Origin: a virus
Lineage: Duplodnaviria; Caudoviricetes
Strand: one strand, 5' to 3'
DNA length: 64,000 nucleotides
IMG/VR virus record: IMGVR_UViG_3300009095_000001
Coordinates: 33,538 to 97,537 of that record
In this document: piece after piece, positions 26,771 through 35,773 of the stretch
How positions within the stretch are numbered: the stretch's first letter is position 1
Layout: each line of letters begins with the position of its first letter
The notes under the pieces: model-generated
Told to the model about the DNA's origin: nothing
Seen by the model: the letters and a program-made list of their open reading frames with translations, nothing else
Database searches by the model: none
Made by a program: the position numbers and the translations under genes

Positions 26771-28551
26771 CCCAAGCCAGCACGCAAAGCGCCGCAGCAA
26801 CCGACGCCGCGGTAGCTGATCCTGCGGTGACCGGCAGCGAGGGCGCGGCCGATCCCGGCCAGGCTGCCGAGCCACCGCCCGCCGATCCCGGCCAAGCTCC
26901 GGCCGCGGAGCCCGGCCAAGGCGAGCCCGGCCAGGGTGACGATGGCGAGCTGCCGACCGCCGACAGCATCACGCTGGCGCTTCGCGGCGTCGCTGCTCTG
27001 CCGCCGATCAAGCGGGAAGCTCGAGGCTGGACCGACAAGGCGATCGCGGGCGCGATGGCGCTGCTGACTTCGATGGGGGTAGCCCCGCATGCCGACGCAG
27101 GCGAACGGGTCTACCGCACCTGCACGATGGACTTCGCGCTGGGGTCCGAGGATCGCGTCGCGGTGGATCGGGCGCTCGCCATCGCCGACGAGCTCGGATC
27201 GCAAGCCGACGGTGCCAAGGTCGACGCGGCGCAGATCAACGCGATTGCGGAGCGGCTACGCGCTGACGGATTCGCCGACAAGGTCACGACCGACGGCCGG
27301 CTGATCGTCACGGGCTACGCCGCGCGCACGGGCTCGCAGCTCTACGGCGACGGCAAGAGCACCTGGTACGAGTACCGGAGCGAGGACGAAGTCGAGAAAA
27401 GCCTCAAGAGCTTCGACTTCGCGACGTTCACCGACGACCACCCGCCGGTGCTCGTGACGGCGGATAACTGGCGCGAGTACGCCAGGGGCATGCTCGGCAC
27501 GGGTGCGGAGCTGCTGCCGCCCGACGAAGACGGCTTGCGCTTCGTCAAGGTGCAGATCTGCGTCGGCGACATTGCGGTGATCCGCAAGATGCGTGACGGC
27601 AAGGTGCAGCTGTCGACCGGCTACACCACGATCGCGGTGCGCGATCCTGGCGTCGATGCGCAGGGCATCCGCTACACGTTTCGGCAGACCGACATTCAGG
27701 TCAACCACCAATCTCTCGTCGATGAAGCTCGCGCGGGCGCCAAGGCTCGCGTGCTGATCGACGGCGCTTTTGTTTTCGAGGCCAGCAAGGACGACGTCAT
27801 GACGACCAACAACGCGAACGCGAACACCCCGAAGCCGAAGACCGATCAGCCCGAGGGCGCGATCCCGTCGAAGAAAGACCAGCTCGACCCCGAGGCCGCG
27901 ACGGGTTTGCTCGACGCGATCAAGGCTCTCCTCAACGGAGAGATCGAGCCCGCGGGCGCCTACGCCAAGATCGCCGAAGTGCTCGGCCTCGATCCGGCGA
28001 TGGTCACTCAGCACCTGGGCGGTGGCGAGATCATGGAGCTGGACGGCGTCAAGCTGCTGGTCAGCAAGGACGCGGCCGCGAAGCTCCGCGCTCGCGAGCA
28101 GAAGCTCAGCACCGACGCTGCCCAGCGCGATACCGATCTCGCAGCGACCAACGGCGAGCTCGCCGGGCTGCGGCGCACGGTCGAGAAGCTCGAGGCCGAT
28201 GCGATCGCCCGCGCGACGGTCGACCTGGAGAACGAGATTGCCCCGCTGTGCCCGCAGCTCGTGAAGTCGTGGGCGGACGGCAAGCGCCCCGCCACGATGA
28301 CGAAGATGCGCGAGGCGGCGATCCTCGATCTCGATCCGCTGGCGAAGGTCGATCTCGACAAGGCGCGCGGGACTGACGAGAAGCCTCCGCCGACCTACGA
28401 CGCGTTCGTGGAGTCGCTCTACGGCTCGACCAAGCGCCATGCTGCGGTTCGGGCCAAGGCCACGACGACGAACTCCGACAGCCGCTTCTCGGCCCCGGCC
28501 ACGATCAAGACCGGGGGCTTCCACGGCAATACCGGAACCCCCGGCAACTGA
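26767..28551 (+). CDS. Prohead protease/scaffold, DUF2213 family
   Basis: DGRLIV...AARTGSQLYG, YRSEDEV, TFTDDHPP..VTADNWRE, GKVQLSTGY, QTDIQVNH.SLVDEARAG. Confidence 0.88.
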   Translation: MTQASTQSAAATDAAVADPAVTGSEGAADPGQAAEPPPADPGQAPAAEPGQGEPGQGDDGELPTADSITLALRGVAALPPIKREARGWTDKAIAGAMALLTSMGVAPHADAGERVYRTCTMDFALGSEDRVAVDRALAIADELGSQADGAKVDAAQINAIAERLRADGFADKVTTDGRLIVTGYAARTGSQLYGDGKSTWYEYRSEDEVEKSLKSFDFATFTDDHPPVLVTADNWREYARGMLGTGAELLPPDEDGLRFVKVQICVGDIAVIRKMRDGKVQLSTGYTTIAVRDPGVDAQGIRYTFRQTDIQVNHQSLVDEARAGAKARVLIDGAFVFEASKDDVMTTNNANANTPKPKTDQPEGAIPSKKDQLDPEAATGLLDAIKALLNGEIEPAGAYAKIAEVLGLDPAMVTQHLGGGEIMELDGVKLLVSKDAAAKLRAREQKLSTDAAQRDTDLAATNGELAGLRRTVEKLEADAIARATVDLENEIAPLCPQLVKSWADGKRPATMTKMREAAILDLDPLAKVDLDKARGTDEKPPPTYDAFVESLYGSTKRHAAVRAKATTTNSDSRFSAPATIKTGGFHGNTGTPGN

Positions 28552-28594
28552 GCCCGCTGTTCCACGACTTCCCGGCAAGACAGAGGACTGACCG

Positions 28595-29398
28595 ATGACG
28601 ACCACGCTTCGCTACCAGATCAATCCGACTCGCGGCCAGCGGGTCTCCAGCAACCCCACGCGCTCGCGGCTGTGGCCCGGCAACAACACGATCAAGACGC
28701 TCACGGTCGGTGGCACCTATGTCGACGGGACCTACAGCTACACGATCGGCGGCGTCGAGGTGTCGGTGAGCCTGACCGGCAGCTCTCTTGCTGGTGCCGC
28801 GGCAGCGCTCAAGGCCAAGCACGACTCGCTGCCGACCGCGCTCGAGCAGGCGGAGGCCATCGTCGATGGTGCGGTCTTGCGCCTCGACTCGCGTACGCCC
28901 GAGACGACTTTCACGCTGGGGAGCTTGACGGCCCCCGGCACGGCCACGCTCACGGAAGACGACGAGACCGAGTCGAGCGGTGCCCGGCTGCGGCCCGGTC
29001 TGTTCGTGGCGTTGCACAACACCAAGCCCGAGTGGCTCCGCCGTCTGACGACGGGCGACACCGCGGCCGCGATCTTCGGCGTCACGCAGGAGGGCCCCGA
29101 CATGGAGACCAGCGACGGCGACGAGGACTCCGTCGACGGCTGGGATCCGGGAGCGATGGTCACCGTGCAGGGGCACGGTGAGATCCCCGTGATCTGCGAG
29201 CAAGAGGTCACCAACGTCAACGCGGCGGTGTACGTCCGCGTCGTCGCGACGGGCGACGAAGAGGCGGGCGCGGCTCGTCTCGATGCAGACAGCGGCGACG
29301 CGGTCGCGGCCAGCAACGTCCGTTGGTCGGGCCTCAGCTGGACCGACGATGACGGCCAGATCATCGCGATGGTGATCATCAGCAACCCCGCGGCCTGA
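28595..29398 (+). CDS. Head decoration/cement protein
   Basis: Between protease and capsid; PGLFV, IFGVT, GAMVTVQGHGEIPV, VYVRV. Confidence 0.7.
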   Translation: MTTTLRYQINPTRGQRVSSNPTRSRLWPGNNTIKTLTVGGTYVDGTYSYTIGGVEVSVSLTGSSLAGAAAALKAKHDSLPTALEQAEAIVDGAVLRLDSRTPETTFTLGSLTAPGTATLTEDDETESSGARLRPGLFVALHNTKPEWLRRLTTGDTAAAIFGVTQEGPDMETSDGDEDSVDGWDPGAMVTVQGHGEIPVICEQEVTNVNAAVYVRVVATGDEEAGAARLDADSGDAVAASNVRWSGLSWTDDDGQIIAMVIISNPAA

Positions 29399-29443
29399 GC
29401 CTGACCGCACGCATCCAACCTCCACAACCACAGGATCAGAACG

Positions 29444-30535
29444 ATGCCCTTCGACAAGCCCAACCGGAAGCCCCTCTACGACTTCAAGGACCCGGCGAAC
29501 CGCCACGACGAGGAGACCCTTGTTCCGGTGCTGGACAAGGCCGCTCAGCTCGCCGCCCAGAAGTGGGGCGACACCGAGATCGCCCGCAAGCTCGGATTCG
29601 ACTCGGGCCAGATCGCGTCGCTGTCTCGCTGCGCGACGACGGCCTTCATCGAGGGCTTCTACCGGCGTCAAGCCGCCGAGACCCCTTGGGCCAACGGCGA
29701 GATCATCACGATCACCGACGGTGGCGTGGGTATCGGCGCCACGCGGCTCGAGTGGGGCGAGACTGCGGTCCGCAACCCGTCGCAAAACTACGGCTTGACG
29801 GCGCTCGACCAGAGCCCCGAGCGAGCGCTCGACCTCGCCGTGCGGATGCACGAGGCGAAGCCCGGCAAGATCGCCCACAAGATCCAGCTCGGGTTCCACG
29901 AAATGGCGCAGGCCGCCATGGCTGGCTGGAACAAGATGAAGGACAAGGGCGACACGCTTCGCGAGCAGCACATGCTCGACTTCAACGAGGCGATCCTCCG
30001 CGGCATCCCGGCGGCCGGCAAGCTCGGGATCACCAACTACCCCGGCATCAAGCGGATGGTCTCGACCATCGACTGGGCGACCGCCAACGCCGACGTCATC
30101 TACGACGAGTGGACCCAGGCGAAGCGGCTCATGTATACGGACGCGTCCAACCGCGAGCGTGCGATCAAGCCGACCAAGACCCTGATCCCGCTGAGCGTGG
30201 ATGAGCACTTCTCCGACGAACTCTTCAACCCCAGCGGTGGCGACACCACGCTGAAGACGTTCATCGAGAGGAACAACCGCGGGCACGAGGTCATGATGGA
30301 CGACTCGCTGCGGAGCGCCGACACGTTCGGCCACGCGGGCGCGATCCTGCTCGCGCCCGAGGCCGACTCGATCCAGGTGACCTGCCCCGTCTTCGCGCAG
30401 GTCCAGCCGCCGGTGGAAGTGGCCGGCAACCAGTGGGTGATCGAGATCGAGATCTGGACGCTCTTCTACGGCGTGCAGATGCGAGACCCGCGAGCCGTCT
30501 GCTTCGTCGACGGCGGCACCCTCTGGACGGTCTGA
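29444..30535 (+). CDS. Major capsid protein (DUF2184/encapsulin-like HK97 fold)
   Basis: 363 aa; GIPAAGKLGITNYPGI, WATANADVIYD, PTKTLIP, TTLKTFIERN, GVQMRDPRAVCFVDG. Confidence 0.85.
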   Translation: MPFDKPNRKPLYDFKDPANRHDEETLVPVLDKAAQLAAQKWGDTEIARKLGFDSGQIASLSRCATTAFIEGFYRRQAAETPWANGEIITITDGGVGIGATRLEWGETAVRNPSQNYGLTALDQSPERALDLAVRMHEAKPGKIAHKIQLGFHEMAQAAMAGWNKMKDKGDTLREQHMLDFNEAILRGIPAAGKLGITNYPGIKRMVSTIDWATANADVIYDEWTQAKRLMYTDASNRERAIKPTKTLIPLSVDEHFSDELFNPSGGDTTLKTFIERNNRGHEVMMDDSLRSADTFGHAGAILLAPEADSIQVTCPVFAQVQPPVEVAGNQWVIEIEIWTLFYGVQMRDPRAVCFVDGGTLWTV

Positions 30536-30618
30536 GCCACCGTCTGCACCACCAACCCCAGCCCGATAGCGAATGAAGCCCGGGCACCACCCCGGGCGCA
30601 AACAAAGGCACGATCGAC

Positions 30619-31203
30619 ATGGGCGCAGCTACTCACGTTCACGTTTACAACAACACCACGCAGCTCTACGAGTTCGCTGCAGGTGTCGGCAAAGGGCGCC
30701 TGCACTTCAAGCCAGGCACGTGGTCGAAGACACCGGCCGCCGCGCTCGACCGCATCACCGGCGGTTTCGATCGCAACGGCAAGGCCAAGGGCGGCACCGC
30801 AGCGCCGTACTTCAACGAGCCGATCGAGGTCGAGCCGGGCAAATTCCGGCCGGTGCTGCACGTCGGCACGCCGGCGCCGGGCGAACCCGTGCACGAGATC
30901 AAGGAGCTGCCCGGCGTTCGATCGCACTACCGGATGAACCGCCAGCGGGAGCAAGAGCGGACGATCAAGGAACTCGAGCTGCAGGTCGCTCAGCTCGCCG
31001 GCAGGCTCGCCGGCAAGGCCTCCGCGCCCGAGCCCTCGAATACCGTGGATCTCACCGGGCTCGAGCTCGACGAGATCAAGGCGGCGATCAAGGGGCTCGA
31101 CGTCGCCGCGCTCAAGCTCGCGCTCGGTGCCGAGGTGGCCGGCGAGGATCGGGCGCCCATCGTCAAGCTGCTCAAGGCCGCGATCAAGCGCAAGTCGAAG
31201 TGA
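30619..31203 (+). CDS. Hypothetical protein following the capsid gene
   Basis: In-operon ORF with helical C-terminus. Confidence 0.65.
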   Translation: MGAATHVHVYNNTTQLYEFAAGVGKGRLHFKPGTWSKTPAAALDRITGGFDRNGKAKGGTAAPYFNEPIEVEPGKFRPVLHVGTPAPGEPVHEIKELPGVRSHYRMNRQREQERTIKELELQVAQLAGRLAGKASAPEPSNTVDLTGLELDEIKAAIKGLDVAALKLALGAEVAGEDRAPIVKLLKAAIKRKSK

Positions 31204-31209
31204 GCCGCC

Positions 31210-31680
31210 ATGCCGAACTACTGCGAGCGCGAGGACGTGATCCGTTGGTACGGCGGTACCGAGGCCAACGTCCGCATGCATTTCGACTCGCGCTTGTGGT
31301 CGACTCCGCTGACGGAGTTCACGGTTGACGGTCTCACCTTCGACATTCCGACGACGATCTTGCTGCGGATCGACTCGACGATCGAGACCGCGAGCTCGCT
31401 GCTGGACACCAAGATCCTGCAAGCCTACCAGGCGCTGCCGACCACGATCCCTCCCCACCTGCGCCACGCGGCAGCGAAGATCGCCGCTCGCGATGCGCTG
31501 GCCGATGATGGGACCTTGACGGACCGCATCCGCCGGGGCGTCGAAGAGGTCGATGCGTACTTCGACGACATTGCGAACAAGCGGCTCGATCTCGGCATCG
31601 TCACGCCGCGGCCGGCGTATCGCGGACCGGTCGTCAAGGTCGTCAAAATCGGCGGCACGCTCGGAAAGTGTGGGTGCTGA
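31210..31680 (+). CDS. Head-tail adaptor, Mu gp36/DUF1320-like
   Basis: YCEREDVIRWYG, ASSLLDT, IPPHLRHAAAKIA, IANKRLDLG. Confidence 0.8.
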   Translation: MPNYCEREDVIRWYGGTEANVRMHFDSRLWSTPLTEFTVDGLTFDIPTTILLRIDSTIETASSLLDTKILQAYQALPTTIPPHLRHAAAKIAARDALADDGTLTDRIRRGVEEVDAYFDDIANKRLDLGIVTPRPAYRGPVVKVVKIGGTLGKCGC

Positions 31681-32105
31681 TGGATGACCTTCAACTCGAC
31701 GGCCTGGTCGACTTCGAGCTGCTCGAGGCTCGATGGGATCTTTGGTGGCCCGACCGCGCTCTCGACGTGTTCGGCGAAGCGCTCGAGGAAGACACGCGCC
31801 TGCGCTTGGAGGATGACGAGGTCAGCCCCAAGGGTCGGCGCTGGGATCCGTGGTCGGAGGATTACGCCAAGACCCGCGGGCCCCAACACAAGCTGTTGTT
31901 CTCGACCGGCGCGCTGGCTGACTCGCTCGAGTACGACCGCAACGGCGACGTGCTCGGCTTCGGGTCGCCGCTGCCCTACGCGGCCGTGCACCAGTCCGGG
32001 TCCCGCGACGGCCGGCTGAAGGCGCGCGAGTACGTCGGGATCAGCCGCGAGCTCGGCAGGGCGCTCGACCGCATCTTCCCGGCCGACTTTGAAAGGGGCT
32101 GGTGA
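31680..32105 (+). CDS. Virion morphogenesis protein (Mu gpG/P2 gpS-like)
   Basis: SPKGRRWDPWS, LFSTGALADSL, GSPLPYAAVHQSG, AREYVGIS. Confidence 0.88.
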   Translation: MDDLQLDGLVDFELLEARWDLWWPDRALDVFGEALEEDTRLRLEDDEVSPKGRRWDPWSEDYAKTRGPQHKLLFSTGALADSLEYDRNGDVLGFGSPLPYAAVHQSGSRDGRLKAREYVGISRELGRALDRIFPADFERGW

Positions 32106-32710
32106 TGGCCGTCACCGAGCCAGCGCTGCCCGTCCCGCTGCCGCAGAGCAATCTGCGGAAGGCTCGCGACATCGTCGTCGATCAGGTGCAGGCGTGGATG
32201 GGAAGCCACGCGGCCCACGAGACGATCGGTCACAGCGGAGCGGTGACCCAAGAGTTCATCTTGCGGCATGCCGGCATGGCGCCGCGCTCGATCGTGACGG
32301 TGCTCGACGGCGATGCTGCGCGAGTCGGCCACGGCATGTCGATCCAGTGCACGCCGACGTTCGTTTGGTACGTGATCGTCCGAGGCGTGCTTTCGGACCG
32401 CACGACCGACGCGCTCGACTTCATCGGCGAGGCAATGAAGTTCATCTACGCCGACGTGTTCCGCGACGCCGACCCGGAGAAGATCTTCAGCAAGCCGCCG
32501 GTCGCCGGGTCCGTCAGCTTCCGCTCGCGGTATCTCCAGAAGGACGAGAAGACCGCCTACACGATCTGGGGCATCCAGTGGCTGCAAGAAATCTCGCTCG
32601 GTGCAGCGGGTCGCTCGCGACCCGGTGACGGCGTGCTGCTGCTGATCAACGGGACCGACGAATACCCAGGCGATCCCAACGGCGACGAGGTCAAGTTCGA
32701 GGTGACGTGA
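32102..32710 (+). CDS. Tail terminator-like protein (Mu gp37 position)
   Basis: Synteny and size; YTIWGIQWLQEI. Confidence 0.55.
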   Translation: MMAVTEPALPVPLPQSNLRKARDIVVDQVQAWMGSHAAHETIGHSGAVTQEFILRHAGMAPRSIVTVLDGDAARVGHGMSIQCTPTFVWYVIVRGVLSDRTTDALDFIGEAMKFIYADVFRDADPEKIFSKPPVAGSVSFRSRYLQKDEKTAYTIWGIQWLQEISLGAAGRSRPGDGVLLLINGTDEYPGDPNGDEVKFEVT

Positions 32711-32973
32711 TGGCCAAGACACCCAAGCGAATCCAGATCCAGATCAAGCCGGCGATGACCGACGTCGGCAAGGGGCCGCAACTGGCCCAGGTGCCGTACC
32801 CGACCGCGGTCGGAGGGCGCCGTCGCGTGCTCCCGCCCGAGGGCGACACGGTCTCGCTCGAGGGCGCGGCTGGGTCATACTGGCAGCGTCGTATCAACGA
32901 GGGTTCGGTCGTGAAGGTCGAGCCCTCCAAGCCGGCAACGCGAGAGCTCGGCAAGAAGAAAGGTGAAGACTGA
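32707..32973 (+). CDS. DUF2635/Mu gp38-like protein
   Basis: IKPA...LPPEG...YWQRRINEGSVV, directly before the sheath. Confidence 0.8.
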   Translation: MMAKTPKRIQIQIKPAMTDVGKGPQLAQVPYPTAVGGRRRVLPPEGDTVSLEGAAGSYWQRRINEGSVVKVEPSKPATRELGKKKGED

Positions 32974-34403
32974 TGGCGACCTTGGTACCAGGCGGACGCT
33001 ACACAATCAGCGACTTGCGGACGGCGTCGCTGTTCACCGCGAACAAGATCCTCGTGTTCGGGATCAAGACGGTCGCGGGTTCGCTTGCCGTCAACACGCC
33101 CACCCGAGTGTTCTCGGCGGACGAGGCGGCGACCTATGCAGGCCGCGGCTCGCAGGCCCACCAAGAGGTCGCTGCGGTCTTTCAGGCCTACCGCAGCGCG
33201 GACGTGACCCTCGTGCTGATGGCAGCCCCAGCCGGCACGGCTGCGACGGGGACGCTCACCTACGCAGGCGAAGCGACCACGGCGACGCCGATCATCCTGC
33301 AGGTGGAGGATCAGACGGTCGTCGTGCCGGTCGCCATCGGCGATGACGACGAAGCGATCGCAGCTTCTGCCAACGCCGCGGTCAACGAGTACGCCGACTT
33401 GCACGTGACCAGCGGCGTTGCCCTGGCCGTGCAGACGCTGACCGCTCGCAGCATCGGAGCTCACGGCAACCAGATCCGGTTCCGCGTGTTGCAGAACACG
33501 CCCGGGGTCACGATCACGCCGGTAGCAATGTCGGGTGGCGCAGGCGATCCCGACCTGGCCGCCGCGATCGCGGTGCTCAGCGGCACGCGCTACAAATACT
33601 GGGTCCTGCCCGACACCGCCGCGACCAACCTGACGGCCGCGATCACCGAGCTCGACGACCGCTGGACCAAGGATCGGCAGATCGACGGCCACGCGTTCAT
33701 CGGCCGGCGTGACACGGTGGGCAACCTGGCGACGCTCGGGCTCGGCTCGGACACCAAGCACGTGACGATCTTCGGCGATCCGAAGGTCCCCGCGAATCCG
33801 TGGACGTGGGCGGGCCGCGTCGCAGGCCTGCGAGCGAGCGTCGAGAACCCGAAGCTCACGCTCTACGATCTGGACATTCCGGGCCTGGTCGCGCCCGACG
33901 AGACCGAGTACCTGCAGCCCGCCGATCAGCAGACGTTGCTCGCGAGTGGGATCGCCACGTTCCACTTCGTCAACGGCAAGACTCGCGTGCAGCGGATGGT
34001 CACGCTCTACAAAAACAACGGGCTCGGTCAGCCCTCGGAGATCTTCCAGGACGCCGAGACCAAGCTGACTGCGGCCGAGATCCGCCAGCTGCAGCTCGTC
34101 GTGCTGCAGCCCTACATCGGCAAGACGCTCGTCGACGACGTGGGCGCGGTTCAATACGACGTCGACACCGCCGACAAGGTCATCGATCCCGAGGGCATCA
34201 AGCAGGTTCTGATCTCGCTCAATCTCGAGGTCTTCCAAGCGCGTGCGTGGACGGACAACGCCGCCTACTACGAACAGCAGCTCCAGGTCACGCGCTCGGA
34301 TGCGAACGAGCTTACGATCAACACCAGCCCGCCAATCCCGGGAACCAACTACATCAACAAAGGCGCGATCGACATCGTGACCGCATTCAGCGTGCAGGGG
34401 TAA
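32973..34403 (+). CDS. Tail sheath protein (Mu gpL-like)
   Basis: SADEAATYAGRGS, TLTARSIGAHGNQI, MSGGAGDPDL, LLASGIAT, IQ/VQRMVTLY. Confidence 0.92.
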   Translation: MATLVPGGRYTISDLRTASLFTANKILVFGIKTVAGSLAVNTPTRVFSADEAATYAGRGSQAHQEVAAVFQAYRSADVTLVLMAAPAGTAATGTLTYAGEATTATPIILQVEDQTVVVPVAIGDDDEAIAASANAAVNEYADLHVTSGVALAVQTLTARSIGAHGNQIRFRVLQNTPGVTITPVAMSGGAGDPDLAAAIAVLSGTRYKYWVLPDTAATNLTAAITELDDRWTKDRQIDGHAFIGRRDTVGNLATLGLGSDTKHVTIFGDPKVPANPWTWAGRVAGLRASVENPKLTLYDLDIPGLVAPDETEYLQPADQQTLLASGIATFHFVNGKTRVQRMVTLYKNNGLGQPSEIFQDAETKLTAAEIRQLQLVVLQPYIGKTLVDDVGAVQYDVDTADKVIDPEGIKQVLISLNLEVFQARAWTDNAAYYEQQLQVTRSDANELTINTSPPIPGTNYINKGAIDIVTAFSVQG

Positions 34404-34406
34404 GCC

Positions 34407-34784
34407 ATGACCGCGCGACTCATTAGCGACATTCGAGCAATGGTGATCGGGAGCCGCAAGATCCTCGTGAAGGACGGCACCGCGTCGGTCAACTTCGGCG
34501 GCTACACCAACACGGCGGTGCTGGCCGGACAAGAAGTCGTCGGCTTCACGCGGCAAGGCACGGCCGCCGAGGTCGCGGTCACGTGCGCCGTCGAGGCGGG
34601 GACGGACATCGTCCGTGCCTTCACCGCCAACAAAGAGGACATTCGCATCCAGACCGACACGGGCGACGAGTGGCTGATGCGAGCGGCGGCGAACACCGAC
34701 CCGCCCTCGTTCTCGGGCGGCTCCGGCGATGTGGCCGTCACCTACAACGGCAAGCAGGTCATTCAGACCAAGAAGGGGAGCTGA
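34407..34784 (+). CDS. Tail tube protein (Mu gpM-like)
   Basis: 125 aa after sheath; FGGYTNTAVLAG...GFT, TDTGDEWLMRAA. Confidence 0.8.
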   Translation: MTARLISDIRAMVIGSRKILVKDGTASVNFGGYTNTAVLAGQEVVGFTRQGTAAEVAVTCAVEAGTDIVRAFTANKEDIRIQTDTGDEWLMRAAANTDPPSFSGGSGDVAVTYNGKQVIQTKKGS

Positions 34785-34787
34785 CAC

Positions 34788-35654
34788 GTGGCGGATGCAG
34801 CAGAGCTTTACGCCGCGTTTCGATCGATCTGCCCGGTCGACGAGGAAGGCGATCTTCTGCTGCCGCTCGATCAGCTCGAGGACGGCGGCCGCGGTTGGTT
34901 TGCGATCGCCAACGCGGTGGATCGAGTCGCGGAGCCGGCCACCGACACCGAGGCTCCCTACGAGGTCGAGCTCGTCCCGATCCCCCCGCGCATCGCTCCC
35001 GACGGCGAGGAGATCCAGGAGTCCGAAGACGAGCGCCCGACCAAGATCACGATCCGCGGGTTCACGGCGGCCGATCTCTGCGTCGACTACCTCGACGAGC
35101 GGATCAAGCACGCCGTGTTCGCGCGCGCCATGGGGATCGATCTGGACACGGTCGAGTGGCGGATGGATCCGAGCGACGTCGAAGGTGGCATTGCGTTGTG
35201 CGTGCAGGCCAACGGGCGCGACGCGGCCAACCTGTGCCGCGAGATCTACTTTGAAGGCGGAGGCAAGCAGCACCTCGCGGGCGTGCCTGAACTCGCGTGG
35301 ATCGAGGTCGCGCAGGCGCTGCTCACCACGATCGACGGCTCCGTGGGTCGCGTCCGATGCCGGACGCCTGGCATCGGGCTCCTGACGATTGGGCCGCTCC
35401 GCGCCGGCCACCTTCGGCTGCACACGGGAACCGCCGCTCGAGAGACCGAATGGATGGGGCGCCTCGCTGCGATAGCGAAGGCCAGTGATCGCACGCTCGC
35501 GCAGATGCTCACGCTTCGCCCCGAGGATGCAGTACACGCCTGGGGTGCATTCGAGTCCCTGAAAAAAAAAGCGGGACACCAGCCGAGCACCGCAATCGGT
35601 GCGCGGCTGTCCGCCACGTTCTCGGCTTCAAGCAAGACGAAATCGACGACCTGA
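34788..35654 (+). CDS. Tail assembly chaperone (G/E product; -1 frameshift extends it to 35773)
   Basis: Between tube and tape measure; A9 slippery run at 35562-35570. Confidence 0.75.
   Translation: MADAAELYAAFRSICPVDEEGDLLLPLDQLEDGGRGWFAIANAVDRVAEPATDTEAPYEVELVPIPPRIAPDGEEIQESEDERPTKITIRGFTAADLCVDYLDERIKHAVFARAMGIDLDTVEWRMDPSDVEGGIALCVQANGRDAANLCREIYFEGGGKQHLAGVPELAWIEVAQALLTTIDGSVGRVRCRTPGIGLLTIGPLRAGHLRLHTGTAARETEWMGRLAAIAKASDRTLAQMLTLRPEDAVHAWGAFESLKKKAGHQPSTAIGARLSATFSASSKTKSTT
35561..35571 (+). other. Programmed -1 frameshift slippery site G AAA AAA AAA G
   Basis: -1 frame is open to TAG 35771-35773 abutting the tape-measure ATG and encodes a gpE'-like LGFKQDEIDDLTLDEL. Confidence 0.85.
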
Positions 35655-35773
35655 CTCTCGACGAGCTCAAGGACCAGGCCCTCGCGGCGGAGCAACAGCG
35701 CACACGCACAGCCCACGCCAACGCTCACGCCCTCGCAACTGTCCTCGCGGCAGCACTCGGACGACGACGATAG

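Noticed and set aside
32691-35579. Very long minus-strand ORFs (962 aa here; also 28505-30601, 37384-39378, 39797-42268) and similar shadow ORFs
   Set aside because: They lie antisense to clear structural genes, are Arg/Gly/Ala-rich with no motifs, and are expected from high-GC codon bias
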